A stretch of 64,000 bases of DNA from Thermoanaerobaculia bacterium (GTDB lineage Bacteria; Acidobacteriota; Thermoanaerobaculia; Multivoradales; UBA5704). Shown here piece after piece: positions 34,872 to 45,361 of the stretch; the stretch's first letter is position 1, and every line of letters begins with the position of its first letter. A program made the translations under genes and the position numbers. Where the stretch lies: positions 41,329 through 105,328 of the forward strand of contig JBGAGQ010000014.1 of the NCBI GenBank assembly GCA_044226625.1, in the 5' to 3' direction. The notes under the pieces were generated by a model. The model was not told where the DNA came from, made no database searches, and saw nothing but the letters and a program-made list of their open reading frames with translations.

Positions 34872-35978
34872 ATGGCGAAGCGGGATTATTACGAGGTGCT
34901 CGGGGTCGCGCGCGACGCGGGCGAAAAAGAGATCAAATCGGCGTATCGAAAGCTCGCCGTCCAGTTCCACCCGGACAAGAATCCGGGCGACGCGGAAGCC
35001 GAAGAGCGCTTCAAGGAAGCGGCCGAGGCCTATTCGATCCTCTCCGATGCGGAGAAACGCCAGCGCTACGACCGGTTCGGCCATCAAGGGGTGGCCGGGG
35101 CCGGCGCCGCGGGATTCGATCCCAACACCTTCGGCGATTTCGCCGACATCTTGGGCGACCTGTTCGGCTTCGGCCGGCGGTCCGGCGGCTCGCCGAACGG
35201 CCCGCAGCGCGGCGCGGATCTCCGTTACGACCTCGAGCTCACCTTCGAGGAGGCGGCGTTCGGCAGCGAGCAGAAGCTGCGCGTGCCGCGGCTCGAGAAG
35301 TGCGACACCTGCAGCGGATCGGGGAGCGCCTCGGGCAAGCCGCCGGTTGCGTGCTCGGCGTGCGGAGGGCGCGGCCAGGTGCGTGTCTCCCAAGGGTTTC
35401 TCACCTTCGCCAGCACCTGTCCCCAGTGCCAGGGCGAAGGGCGTGTCGTCTCCGATCCCTGCAAGGCGTGCCGCGGCGGCGGTCGGGTGGAGCGGGAGCG
35501 CACGCTCGAGGTGCGCATTCCCGCCGGAGTCGACACCGGAAGCCGGATGCGCCTGGTGGGCGAGGGGGAGCAGGGGCGCAACGAGGGTCCGACGGGCGAC
35601 CTCTACGTGGTGATCTCGGTCAAGCCGCATTCGCGGTTCGAGCGGGACGGATCGACGGTCTACTCGCGCCACAAGATCTCCTATCCGCAGGCCGTCTTGG
35701 GCGCCAAAGTCCAGGTCGAGACGATCCACGGCATGACCTCGCTCGAGATCCCCGCCGGGACCCAGCACGGCAAAGACTTCCATCTGCGTGGGCAGGGGAT
35801 CGAGCGGCTCCACGGCGGCGGCAAGGGAGAGCACGTGGTGGTGGTCGAGCTCGCCGTGCCTCACCCGCGCGATCTGGGGGACGAAGAGGTGGACCTCCTC
35901 CGCCAGCTCGCCGGGCTCGCCGGCGAGGAGGTCAAGGAGCCGGGCGTCCTCCACAAGGTGAAGAACCTGTTCAGCTGA
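34872..35978 (+). CDS. dnaJ: Chaperone DnaJ (class A)
   Basis: J domain with HPD, G/F region, four CxxCxGxG repeats. Confidence 0.97.
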   Translation: MAKRDYYEVLGVARDAGEKEIKSAYRKLAVQFHPDKNPGDAEAEERFKEAAEAYSILSDAEKRQRYDRFGHQGVAGAGAAGFDPNTFGDFADILGDLFGFGRRSGGSPNGPQRGADLRYDLELTFEEAAFGSEQKLRVPRLEKCDTCSGSGSASGKPPVACSACGGRGQVRVSQGFLTFASTCPQCQGEGRVVSDPCKACRGGGRVERERTLEVRIPAGVDTGSRMRLVGEGEQGRNEGPTGDLYVVISVKPHSRFERDGSTVYSRHKISYPQAVLGAKVQVETIHGMTSLEIPAGTQHGKDFHLRGQGIERLHGGGKGEHVVVVELAVPHPRDLGDEEVDLLRQLAGLAGEEVKEPGVLHKVKNLFS

Positions 35979-35988
35979 GCGTTCTCGG

Positions 35989-38322
35989 TTGAGAGACGAT
36001 CCGTCGAAGCACCCCGCGCGCCTCGACCTCGCCGTGCTCGCCGCGGCCGTCCTGTTGTGGGCATGGGTGTGCGTGCCGACCCTGCTTGGCGAACGGACGT
36101 TCTACTTGCGTGACGTCTTCCTCACCCACCTGCCGTTCAAGGCGTTCGGCGCCGCGGAGCTCGCCGCCGGCCGCATCCCCGCGTTCAATCCGACCTGGGG
36201 CCTCGGCCAGCCGTTCCGCGGCAACCCGAACGCCCTGGCGTTCTATCCGGACAATCTGTTCTATCGGGTGCTGCCGTTCTGGAGTGCGTTCAACCTCCAC
36301 TATGCGCTCCATTGGCTGCTCGCGCTGTTCGCGATGCGCGCTCTCGCCCGCGGCCTCGGGCAGGGCCGGACCGCGGCCCTCCTGGCCGGCCTGACCTACG
36401 CCGGGTCGGGTTGGTTCCTCTCGGCGCTCACCTATTACAACGTGCTCACCGTCGCCGCCTGGTGGCCGCTCGCGATGCTCGGCGCCGTGCGCGGCGGGCG
36501 GCGGGGCGCCGCGCTCGGCGGGATCGCCTGCGGCCTCGCGCTGCTGGGGGGCGAGCCGGTGACCGCGACGCTGGCGCTCGTTCCCCTGCTCTACGCGGCG
36601 ATCTCCCATCATGGCTGGCGCCGCGGAGTCGCGCACTCCGTGGCGATCGGTGCTCTGGGGCTCGCGATCGCGTTGCCTCAGGTTGTGGCGACGATTCGCA
36701 TCCTCCCCTTTACCGTGCGCGGCGGCATCGGCATGAGCGCCGCCCAGGCGGCCGACTTCCGCCTCCATCCGCTGCGGCTACTCGAGCTGCTCGTACCGTT
36801 TCCGTTCGGCCGGCCCACCTACCTCGGCCCTGACGGCATCTGGGCCGCCTCGGTCCTCCCGGGGGTGCCGCTGTTCCTCTCTCTCTACGTGGGAATCGTG
36901 GCCCTATGGTTGGCGCTCGCCGCCGCGCGGCGGCATCGCGGCTGGGCGCTTCTCGCACTCGGCGGGCCGCTGCTCGCGGTCCTCGCCGGCCGCTCCGGGG
37001 ATTTACTGGTTAAGGTGGGTTTCGGCCTGTTCCGGTTCCCGGAGAAGTTCGTCCTCTGGCTCGCGATCGGCCTGCCGATCCTCGCCGGCTGGGGACTCGA
37101 ACGGGCGCTTGACCAGGGGCTCGGCGGGTGGCGAAGGCGCGGGGCGATCACCGGCAGCTTGTTGCTGCTCGCGGCCGGCGCCGTGGGACTCGCGGGCCCC
37201 TTCCTCCGCGAGGGGGTCAGCCGCACGCTCGAAGCCGGCGGGTCGCTCGCCGCGGGGCTCCCGAAGGAGCAGCAGGGCGCCGCGCTCGCCCTGCTTTCGA
37301 CGCAGATCGACGCCTGGACATGGGCCCTCCTGATCGCGGGCGGCTCCCTTCTCGTCGCCTTCTACGTCACGCGGACGCGGATCGCTCGCCCTTGGCAGGG
37401 GGTAGCGCTCGCGGCCCTGCAGCTTCTCGCGCTCATCCAGCTCTATCCCCTCGTGACGACCGATCGAGCCGAGCCGTATCGGAGTCCATCGCCTTGGGCG
37501 CGCCGGGTCGGAGCGGGTGCCGCGGTACACAGCGTGCTGCAAGGGTACCCGCCGTGGGGTTCCTCGCCGCAGTTCGATCTGCCGAGGGGGCCGCACCGGC
37601 CGGTCGACCAATTCTGGGCGATGAACCTGGGGGCCGCCCCGGGAGTCGCCCACGGCCTCAGCTATCCGTTAGCGCCCGATCTCGAAGGGATGCACTCGCC
37701 GCTGTTCAAGCCGATGCTGGAGGCGCTCCCTTCGCTCGATTGGGAACGGCGCGTCCACTGGTTCCGCGCGGTCGGGGTCCAAGCCATCGCCCGGTTCGAG
37801 GATCCGAACCTACCGGAGGTTCCGGGGTTGCGTCGGCTCGACCGCGCGGAAGCGCTGGGGGTCGCCACTCGCCTGGATGCCGTAGAGAAACCCGCGCCGC
37901 CGGTTTGGTGGCCGCGGACGCTGCGCGAGGTGGCGAGCCCCGAAGAGGCCCGAATCGAAATCTCGAACGAGCCCGATCCCCTCGGGATCGTGACGATTGC
38001 CGTCGTTCCCGGCGATCCGCTTCCGCGCCACGATTCAGCCGGGCGCGTTCGCCTGCTCTCCGCCGCCCCGGACCGGATCGAGATCGAGACCGAAGGGGGC
38101 GGGGGCGTGGCCGTGGTTCGCCGCGCCTGGCAGCCCTTGTTCGTGGCGCGCGAGAACGGACGAACGATTCGAACCCGCCCGGTGAACTTGAACCTCCTCG
38201 GGGTGGAGGCGCCGGCCGGCAAGCATCGCATCGTGCTCGAGGTCTCCGCTTGGCCGGAGATCGCCGCCGGCTTCCTTGCCCTTGGAGCGCTCGCGGCGGC
38301 GCTCGTCGCTCTGCGCCGCTAG
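35989..38322 (+). CDS. YfhO-like multi-pass membrane protein (putative GT-C glycosyltransferase)
   Basis: RD motif after TM1, PAFNPTWGLGQPFRGNPNALAFYP, LYVG, FRFPEKF, C-terminal NLNLLGVEAPAGKHRI. Confidence 0.78.
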   Translation: MRDDPSKHPARLDLAVLAAAVLLWAWVCVPTLLGERTFYLRDVFLTHLPFKAFGAAELAAGRIPAFNPTWGLGQPFRGNPNALAFYPDNLFYRVLPFWSAFNLHYALHWLLALFAMRALARGLGQGRTAALLAGLTYAGSGWFLSALTYYNVLTVAAWWPLAMLGAVRGGRRGAALGGIACGLALLGGEPVTATLALVPLLYAAISHHGWRRGVAHSVAIGALGLAIALPQVVATIRILPFTVRGGIGMSAAQAADFRLHPLRLLELLVPFPFGRPTYLGPDGIWAASVLPGVPLFLSLYVGIVALWLALAAARRHRGWALLALGGPLLAVLAGRSGDLLVKVGFGLFRFPEKFVLWLAIGLPILAGWGLERALDQGLGGWRRRGAITGSLLLLAAGAVGLAGPFLREGVSRTLEAGGSLAAGLPKEQQGAALALLSTQIDAWTWALLIAGGSLLVAFYVTRTRIARPWQGVALAALQLLALIQLYPLVTTDRAEPYRSPSPWARRVGAGAAVHSVLQGYPPWGSSPQFDLPRGPHRPVDQFWAMNLGAAPGVAHGLSYPLAPDLEGMHSPLFKPMLEALPSLDWERRVHWFRAVGVQAIARFEDPNLPEVPGLRRLDRAEALGVATRLDAVEKPAPPVWWPRTLREVASPEEARIEISNEPDPLGIVTIAVVPGDPLPRHDSAGRVRLLSAAPDRIEIETEGGGGVAVVRRAWQPLFVARENGRTIRTRPVNLNLLGVEAPAGKHRIVLEVSAWPEIAAGFLALGALAAALVALRR

Positions 38323-38369
38323 GCCCGCCGTTGGGTCAGAATAGAGCCCAGCAAAAAAGGAGCGGATCC

Positions 38370-39671
38370 ATGACTCGATTCGGACTTCGTTCGGTGGTCC
38401 TGGCCTTGCTGTCGCTCGCCGCGAGCTCGGGCGCAGGGGCGGCCGACGTCCCCACCTTCGTCCTGCGCCCCGCGCGGGTGTTCACGGCGGAGGATTCGGT
38501 GGCGCACTCCGGCTGGGTGGTAGTGGTCACGGGCGAGAAGATCGCCGCCGTCGGGCCGGCCGATCGGGTGAAGGCCCCAGCGGGCGCGGTCTCGATCGAC
38601 CTCCCCGACGCCACGCTCCTTCCGGGCCTCATGGATCTCCATTCCCATCTTTTCCTCCATCCGTACGACGAGACGCTCTGGAACGATCAAGTCCTCAAAG
38701 AGCCGGTCGAATACCGGACCATCGCGGCGGTGCGGTTCGCCGAGGCGACGGTCCGATCCGGTTTCACGACCCTGCGCGACCTGGGGACGGAGGGGGCGGG
38801 CTACGCCGACCTGTCGCTCAAGAAGGCGATCGAAGAGGGGCTCATCCCCGGGCCGCGACTGGAAGTGGCGACGCGAGCGATCGTCGCGACCGGCTGCTAC
38901 GGCCCCGGACCGCGCGGTTTCCGTCCGGACCTCGACCTGCCCAAAGGCGCTCAGGAGGTGAGCGGCACGGGGGAGATCCTGGCCGCGGTGCGCGAGCAGG
39001 CGGGGCACGGAGCCGATTGGATCAAGGTCTACGCCGACTACCGTTGCGGACCGGGAGCCTCGCAGGTTCCGACCTTCACGCAGGCCGAGCTGAACGTCCT
39101 GGTCGAAGCTGCGCATTCTCTCGGAGCCAAGGTCTCCGCCCACGCCCAGACCGCGGAGGGGATGCGCCGCGCGATCCTCGCCGGGGTGGAGACGATCGAG
39201 CACGGATACGGCGGCACCGAGGAAGTTTTCAAGCTGATGGCCGACCGCGGGGTCGCCTTCCTCCCGACGCTCGCCGCGGACACCGCGTACGCCCAGTACT
39301 TCGATGGCTACGTGGCCGGAAAGACCCCTCCGACCGACGGGATGAAGCAGGCCGAAACGGCCTTTCGAACCGCGAAGCGGCTCGGCGTGACGATCGGCTG
39401 CGGCAGCGACGTGGGGGTCTTCGCCCACGGAACGAGCTGGAAAGAGCTCGACAACATGGTTCGCTACGGCATGACGCCGGTCGAGGCGCTGCTCTCCGCC
39501 ACCGCCGTCGACGCGAAAATCCTGGGCTGGCAAGACCGCCTCGGCCAGATCCGCCCCGGATTCGTCGCCGACCTCGTGGCGGTCGCGGGCGATCCGACGA
39601 AAGACGTCACGACGCTACAGAACGTCCGCTTCGTCATGAAGGGCGGAACGGTGCTGCGGCGGGCACCCTAG
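38370..39671 (+). CDS. Exported metal-dependent amidohydrolase (Xaa-Pro dipeptidase-like)
   Basis: RBS AGGAG; signal peptide; PGLMDLHSH, GFTTLRDLG, GADWIK, AHA, TIEHG, GSD, ADLVAV. Confidence 0.9.
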   Translation: MTRFGLRSVVLALLSLAASSGAGAADVPTFVLRPARVFTAEDSVAHSGWVVVVTGEKIAAVGPADRVKAPAGAVSIDLPDATLLPGLMDLHSHLFLHPYDETLWNDQVLKEPVEYRTIAAVRFAEATVRSGFTTLRDLGTEGAGYADLSLKKAIEEGLIPGPRLEVATRAIVATGCYGPGPRGFRPDLDLPKGAQEVSGTGEILAAVREQAGHGADWIKVYADYRCGPGASQVPTFTQAELNVLVEAAHSLGAKVSAHAQTAEGMRRAILAGVETIEHGYGGTEEVFKLMADRGVAFLPTLAADTAYAQYFDGYVAGKTPPTDGMKQAETAFRTAKRLGVTIGCGSDVGVFAHGTSWKELDNMVRYGMTPVEALLSATAVDAKILGWQDRLGQIRPGFVADLVAVAGDPTKDVTTLQNVRFVMKGGTVLRRAP

Positions 39672-39805
39672 GGCTGGCCGACGTTTCGGACGGTTGATTC
39701 AAAACCGGGGGCGTCTCCCCGGTCCAGCCGAAGCGGGAAACATCCGCTACCATTATCTGTTCTCCCTTCGCGGCCTTTTTCGCCGAGGGGAGCCGTCCGA
39801 GCCGT

Positions 39806-42736
39806 ATGCCCATGCCTTCGAATTCAGCCAGCCCCCGGCTCCGGGGGAACCGTCCGGTCTCGATCGAGGTCGAGAATGCCTGGACGCATAACCTGAAGGG
39901 CGTGAGCTGCCGGGTGCCGCACGGAGCGGTGACGGTGGTGACCGGGCCGTCCGGGGCGGGAAAGTCCTCTCTCGCGTTCGACACGATCTACGCGGAGGGG
40001 CAGCGGCGGTTCGTCGAGTCGATGTCCACCTACGCGCGACAGTTTCTGGACCAGATGGAACGCCCGCCGGTCGACGACGTGCGGAACGTCCTTCCGGCCG
40101 TCGCGCTCGAGGCGAAGAACGCGGTCAAGAACGCGCGCTCGACGGTGGCGACGCTCACCGAGGTCCACGACGTTCTGCGGCTCCTCTTCACCCACCTGGG
40201 GGAGGTCACCTGTCCGAACGGCCACGGCGCGGCGAGGAGCTTCACCCCGGAAGAGGCCGCGGCGGATCTCGTCGCCGATTCGGTCGGCGCGCCGTTCCTG
40301 CTCGTCGCCCGGGTGGCGCGGCCGAAGAAACAGGCGGACGCGGCTCTCAAAGAGCTGGTGCGCCAGGGGTTCCAGCGCCGGCTCGACGCCGCGGTATCGG
40401 GCGAGCCCGGTGAGGTGGCGCGGATCTCGGCCTCCGACAAGTGGCCGGCGAAGCTCGATCCACTCCCGCTCGTGCTCGGCCGGTTTCCCGCTTCGGAGGA
40501 AGCGCTGGGCCGCGTGCTCGCAACGCTCGAAGAGGGATATCGGCTGGGCGCGGGCCGAGTGGAGGCGTACGGTCCCGCGGGCGTTCGCTACTACGCCCGG
40601 GAGCTCGGCTGTCCCGTCTGCGGCGAGGCGCTCAAGCGCCCCACGCCCCCTCTCTTTTCGTTCAACTCCCCGCTCGGAGCCTGCCCGCGGTGCCAGGGAT
40701 TCGGAAGGGCGATCGGCATCGACCGCGACCGGGTCGTGCCCGATGGGCGGAAGACGCTCGGCGAGCGCCCGATCGCGCCGTGGAACACGCCCGCCTACGA
40801 AGAGCTCTACGACGAGCTGTTCGCCGCCGCGAGGAAACGGGGGGTACCGCTCGACCGCCCCTGGGCCGAGCTCGCTCCGGCCGATCGGGATTGGGTTTGG
40901 AGCGGAGGGCGGCATTCCGGTAGGCGCGGCGGCGACGCGTTCGTCGACCTCGAGGGCTTCTTCTCCTGGCTCGAGGGGAAGACATACAAGGTGCACGTCC
41001 GCGTGCTGCTCGCTCGCTATCGCTCCTACACCCCTTGCCCCGAGTGCGGCGGCACGCGATTGAAGCCCGAGGCTCGGGCGGTACGGCTGGCGGGCCGGAC
41101 GCTTCCCGACCTGCTCGCACGATCGGTCGAGGAGTTTCGCTCCTGGTACGCCTCGGTGCCCTGGAGCGCGCGCCAGCACGAGGTGGCGGGGCATTTGCTC
41201 GAAGACCTGGGCGAACGAATCGAAACGCTCCACCGCGTCGGACTCGACTATCTGACGCTCGACCGCCAGGCGCGGACCCTCTCGGGAGGTGAAACCCAAC
41301 GCATTCACCTGGCGACCGCGTTGGGCTCCGGCCTCACCAGCACGCTGTACGTGCTCGATGAGCCGACCATCGGCCTCCATCCGCAGGACAGCGAAAAGTT
41401 GCTCGGGCTCCTGCGCGATCTGGCGGACAAGGGCAATACCGTCCTGGTGGTCGAGCACGACCGGACGCTGATCTGCGGCGCGGACCACGTCATCGATCTC
41501 GGGCCGGCCGCGGGGGAGCGCGGAGGGCGGATCATCGCCGAAGGGACGTTCGACCAGATCCTCGCGGTCGACGGCTCGCTCACCGCCCGCTATCTTCGGG
41601 AGAAGCCGTCGACTTCGGCGCGCGACCACCTTGCGCGGTACCGGCGTGAGCAGGGCTACGAGCCGCACGAGCGTGAGCTCTCCGCCCTCCCGCGCATCGC
41701 GATCCAAGGGGCTCGCGCCCACAACCTAAAGGGCTTCGATGTCGAAATACCGCTCGGCGCCCTGGTGGCCCTCACCGGGGTGTCCGGCTCGGGCAAGTCG
41801 ACGTTGGTCGAGAACGTACTCTACGGTACCTACCAACGGTCGAAAGGGGTCGTAGACGTGGATCCCGGCGCCTGTGACGCCCTGGTCGGGCTCGAGGGGA
41901 TGGCGGACGTCGTGCTCGTCGACCAGCGCCCGATCGGCCGATCGAGCCGCTCGAACCCGGTGACCTATCTCAAGGCGTACGACGAGATCCGGAAGCTCTA
42001 CGCCGCGAGCCCCGACGCCACGGCGCGAGGGATCACTCCCGCGCATTTTTCGTTCAACGTCGACCGCGGGCGCTGTTCCGCTTGCGAAGGAACCGGGACG
42101 ACCGAGGTCGACATGCAGTTCATGGCGCCGGTCACGGTGATCTGCGACGCCTGCCAGGGGCGCCGGTTCAAGCCGGAGGTGCTGGCGGTGCGGGTCGACG
42201 GTCGGAACATCGCCGAGACGCTCGAGCTGACGGTCGAGGAGGCCATCGAAGCCTTCTCATCGCCCTCGCCGCATTCGTCTCATTCGCCCCATGGGGCGCT
42301 TCGAGCGCTCTGCCGGCGACTCTCGTCGCTCGTCGACGTCGGCCTCGGCTACCTTCGGCTCGGCCAGTCGACCTCGACCCTGTCCGGAGGCGAGGCGCAG
42401 CGCCTGAAGCTCGCGAGCTTCCTCGATCGCCCAGCCGCCGAAGGCAAGCGGCTGTTTCTGTTCGACGAGCCGACGACCGGTCTCCACCTCTCCGACATCG
42501 ACTTGCTCGCCCGTACTCTCCGCCGGCTGGTCCAGCGGGGCGACGGGGTGATCGTGGTCGAGCACAGCACGGATCTGATCGCTCGGGCCGACTGGATCGT
42601 CGATCTGGGGCCCGGCGGAGGCTCGCGAGGCGGTGAGCTCCTGTTTTCCGGGCCGCTCGAAGCGTTCCTCGACCACGGTCAAAGCCCGACGGCCGACGAG
42701 CTCCGTCGCCATCTGCGTTGGACCAAGCCGGCCTGA
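39806..42736 (+). CDS. uvrA: Excinuclease ABC subunit UvrA (probably a paralog)
   Basis: GPSGAGKSSLAFDTIYAEGQRRFVES, FSFNSPLGACPRCQG, LSGGETQR, GVSGSGKST, IGRSSRSNP, LSGGEAQR; no uvrB/uvrC adjacent. Confidence 0.92.
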   Translation: MPMPSNSASPRLRGNRPVSIEVENAWTHNLKGVSCRVPHGAVTVVTGPSGAGKSSLAFDTIYAEGQRRFVESMSTYARQFLDQMERPPVDDVRNVLPAVALEAKNAVKNARSTVATLTEVHDVLRLLFTHLGEVTCPNGHGAARSFTPEEAAADLVADSVGAPFLLVARVARPKKQADAALKELVRQGFQRRLDAAVSGEPGEVARISASDKWPAKLDPLPLVLGRFPASEEALGRVLATLEEGYRLGAGRVEAYGPAGVRYYARELGCPVCGEALKRPTPPLFSFNSPLGACPRCQGFGRAIGIDRDRVVPDGRKTLGERPIAPWNTPAYEELYDELFAAARKRGVPLDRPWAELAPADRDWVWSGGRHSGRRGGDAFVDLEGFFSWLEGKTYKVHVRVLLARYRSYTPCPECGGTRLKPEARAVRLAGRTLPDLLARSVEEFRSWYASVPWSARQHEVAGHLLEDLGERIETLHRVGLDYLTLDRQARTLSGGETQRIHLATALGSGLTSTLYVLDEPTIGLHPQDSEKLLGLLRDLADKGNTVLVVEHDRTLICGADHVIDLGPAAGERGGRIIAEGTFDQILAVDGSLTARYLREKPSTSARDHLARYRREQGYEPHERELSALPRIAIQGARAHNLKGFDVEIPLGALVALTGVSGSGKSTLVENVLYGTYQRSKGVVDVDPGACDALVGLEGMADVVLVDQRPIGRSSRSNPVTYLKAYDEIRKLYAASPDATARGITPAHFSFNVDRGRCSACEGTGTTEVDMQFMAPVTVICDACQGRRFKPEVLAVRVDGRNIAETLELTVEEAIEAFSSPSPHSSHSPHGALRALCRRLSSLVDVGLGYLRLGQSTSTLSGGEAQRLKLASFLDRPAAEGKRLFLFDEPTTGLHLSDIDLLARTLRRLVQRGDGVIVVEHSTDLIARADWIVDLGPGGGSRGGELLFSGPLEAFLDHGQSPTADELRRHLRWTKPA

Positions 42737-42915
42737 AACCCGTCCGGGCCGCTTTTCGCCGCTCCCGTCGCCGGAACGCAAAGGAATCGAGCCCGACCCG
42801 CCCGGAGCGGCAAAATCCAGCCCCGAAGATCTCGTCGATTCGAACTCCGTTTCGCGGACAACCGGTGGTAACAGGTGTATACTTTCATCATGCTCTCAAG
42901 ATCTAGGGTTTTGGG

Positions 42916-43347
42916 ATGAACGCTTTGGCCGTCGTACCCCAGGAACAGGTATGGCGGCTCGACCTTCCGGGCCGTTCGGTCGCTTTGGTCGAGGGAGAGA
43001 CGACCCTCGGGAGGAGCCGCGGCTGCGGCATCGTGCTCGCGGATCCGTGCATCAGCCGCGTCCACGCGCTCGTGGCGGTCCGTTCGGGGCGGGTCTATCT
43101 CCAGGATCTCCGCTCGAGCAACGGCACCTTCGTGGGAGGCGAGCGAATCGTGGGCGAGCGGGAGATCATGGAGGGGGATCGAATCGCGATCGGCAACTAC
43201 GACCTGCTACTCCGCGTCGGCCCCGCGATCGAAATCCCATCGGCGGAGACGTCCGTGGATCCCGGCCCCGAGCCGGGGGCGACGCGCGAGATGGATCCGG
43301 CGCCGAAGTTCTGGCAGCGCGTCATCGGCCGGGGAGCTCGCGGCTAA
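42916..43347 (+). CDS. FHA domain protein
   Basis: LGRS, ISRVHA, DLRSSNGTFV, GDRIAIG. Confidence 0.9.
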   Translation: MNALAVVPQEQVWRLDLPGRSVALVEGETTLGRSRGCGIVLADPCISRVHALVAVRSGRVYLQDLRSSNGTFVGGERIVGEREIMEGDRIAIGNYDLLLRVGPAIEIPSAETSVDPGPEPGATREMDPAPKFWQRVIGRGARG

Positions 43348-43445
43348 GCGAACCAGTGCTTTCCCCGGAATGGGTGAGCGACGTCCGAACGTCGAGCGCT
43401 CGTGGAGTTGCGGCAGGCAAGACCCCTGCATAGGATCCGTCGCGC

Positions 43446-44516
43446 ATGGATACGGCGGCCACTTCGGCACTTTCCACCCCCTCTTCCACCGCTTCGCCGG
43501 GGCGCTGGCGCTCTTGGCTGGGCTATTTCGGCGGCGCCGTGCTCGGTCTGGTCCTGCTCGTCGCGGCCGGGGCCAAGGCGCTCGACCCGGAGGGCTTCGC
43601 CGAACAGATCCGCGCCGAGAAGCTCGATAGCCTGCTCTCGGCGCCCACCGTCGCCCTGATCGGCCTCGGCATCGAAGTGGCGGTGGGGCTTGCCCTGTTG
43701 CTCAACCTGCGGCGCCTTTGGGTGCTGATCCCCAGCATCTTCCTGGTCGGTTTCCTGATCTTTTTGACCGCCCGAACCTACGTCCGCACGCTCCATGGCG
43801 AAGCGCCGACCGAGGCTTCCTGCGGTTGTTTCGGCAACCTGGTCCAGCGGACTCCGGCAGAAGCCTTCTGGCAGGATCTGTTGATGCTTCTGCCGCCGCT
43901 CGCGCTGGCTTTCGTAGGTCGCCCCCGCGGAGGGACGTTTCCGCGCGGACGCGTGGCGGCGGTGGTGCTTGCGACGAGCTCCGCCGTGGCGTTCGGCGCC
44001 AAGGCGGCCGAGATGCCGCTCGACGACCTCGCGACGCGGCTCAAACCCGGTGTGGCGATGGGTTCGATCTGCGCGGGCGGGGGGAAAGAGCAGGTCTGCC
44101 TCGACCATCTCGTTCCCGGTTTGGCCGAGGGCGATCATCTCGTCGTCCTGGCTGATCTCGAAAGCGACCGCTTCACCGCCATGGTGCCCGACCTGAATCG
44201 CTATTCGCTCGGCGGCGAGGCTCAAAAGGGCGGAGAGACGGCAAAGCTGGACGTTCTCTCGGCCTCTTCGGCGGAAACGAAGACGGCCTTCTTCTGGAAG
44301 TTCGGTCCGGCGTTCGAGATCCACGAGGCGCCGCCGGGGCTGCTTCGCCCGCTCTATCGCCGCCTGCCGCGCGCCTTCTCGGCTCGCGACGGCAAAGTCC
44401 TCGAGACCTATTCGACCGTCGAGGAAATTCGCGCTGTCTTGTCGGCTTCCTCCGAGCCCCCGCGAAGCCAGACGTCCAGCCTCGCATCTACAACCCGAAA
44501 GGTGACCCCGTTATGA
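43446..44516 (+). CDS. MauE/DoxX family redox-associated membrane protein with a C-terminal soluble domain
   Basis: TM helices, AGAKALDP, conserved E in TM2, SCGCFG. Promoter TTGCGG-N17-TAGGAT ends 9 nt before the ATG. Confidence 0.8.
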   Translation: MDTAATSALSTPSSTASPGRWRSWLGYFGGAVLGLVLLVAAGAKALDPEGFAEQIRAEKLDSLLSAPTVALIGLGIEVAVGLALLLNLRRLWVLIPSIFLVGFLIFLTARTYVRTLHGEAPTEASCGCFGNLVQRTPAEAFWQDLLMLLPPLALAFVGRPRGGTFPRGRVAAVVLATSSAVAFGAKAAEMPLDDLATRLKPGVAMGSICAGGGKEQVCLDHLVPGLAEGDHLVVLADLESDRFTAMVPDLNRYSLGGEAQKGGETAKLDVLSASSAETKTAFFWKFGPAFEIHEAPPGLLRPLYRRLPRAFSARDGKVLETYSTVEEIRAVLSASSEPPRSQTSSLASTTRKVTPL

Positions 44517-45361
44517 CGCATCCTCGTTCGCTTCGCTCCGGCCTCCTCGGCCTGGCCCTCGGCACGACATTGCTTTCCGTCGCCTCCGGTCCCGCCTCCG
44601 GTGCGGTTGGCTCCGATGCCGTCCTTCGCGGTTTCGAGCGATCGGCCGACTACCAGGTGGTGGTCGGTGGCAAGCTGCAGGCGGGGACCGAGATCTACAC
44701 GATTCCGTCCGGTGTGCCGGCGATCTTGATCATCTGTTCGGCGCTGCCCTCGCCGGTCCTGCTCCTGCCGGGCGAAGGGACGGTCCAGACCGTGCAACTG
44801 ATGAAGATCCTGAAGAAGACGGACGGCACGGTCGATCTGATGGCCGACGCGGCGCTGTCGCCGCAGGGAAAGTATCAGGTCGTCGGTGAGGAGGTTCGGT
44901 TCAATACAGAGGGCCGGATCGCCGCGATCCAGCCCCGGCCTTCCCTTCTCGGGGTCAAGAGGGCGGTAGACCTCACGACCTACAACCCCGAGTACGGACG
45001 CCGCGCGAAGGCTTATCAGCCGAACCCCAAGGCGGTCTCTCAGCTGCGGCAGGTCGCTCAGCCGGTGCGTGTGCGGGTCTACTTCGGCTCGTGGTGCCCG
45101 CACTGCAAAGAGCACGTGCCCCTGCTGCTGAAGGTGGAAGAGCAGATCAAAGGCTCGAAGATCCAGTTCGAGTACTACGGGCTCGAGAAGGGGCTCAACA
45201 GCGGCGACGCGAAGAAGTTCGACATCCATTCGGTGCCGACGGGCGTGGTCTACAGCAACGGCAAGGAAATCGGGCGGCTGAGCTCCTCGGACTGGAACGC
45301 GCCGGAGACCGCGCTCGCCGCCTTGCTCGTCGCCAAGCCCAAGCCCGGCAAAGCCAAGTAG
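44513..45361 (+). CDS. Exported thioredoxin-family protein
   Basis: Signal peptide; YFGSWCPHC; cis-Pro VPT; GKEIGR; ATGA overlap with the mauE-like gene. Confidence 0.85.
   Translation: MTHPRSLRSGLLGLALGTTLLSVASGPASGAVGSDAVLRGFERSADYQVVVGGKLQAGTEIYTIPSGVPAILIICSALPSPVLLLPGEGTVQTVQLMKILKKTDGTVDLMADAALSPQGKYQVVGEEVRFNTEGRIAAIQPRPSLLGVKRAVDLTTYNPEYGRRAKAYQPNPKAVSQLRQVAQPVRVRVYFGSWCPHCKEHVPLLLKVEEQIKGSKIQFEYYGLEKGLNSGDAKKFDIHSVPTGVVYSNGKEIGRLSSSDWNAPETALAALLVAKPKPGKAK

Noticed and set aside
37128-38369. 847-aa ORF suggesting a long N-terminal fusion to the amidohydrolase
   Set aside because: The upstream part overlaps the YfhO-like gene in another frame; the RBS and signal peptide indicate a start at 38370.
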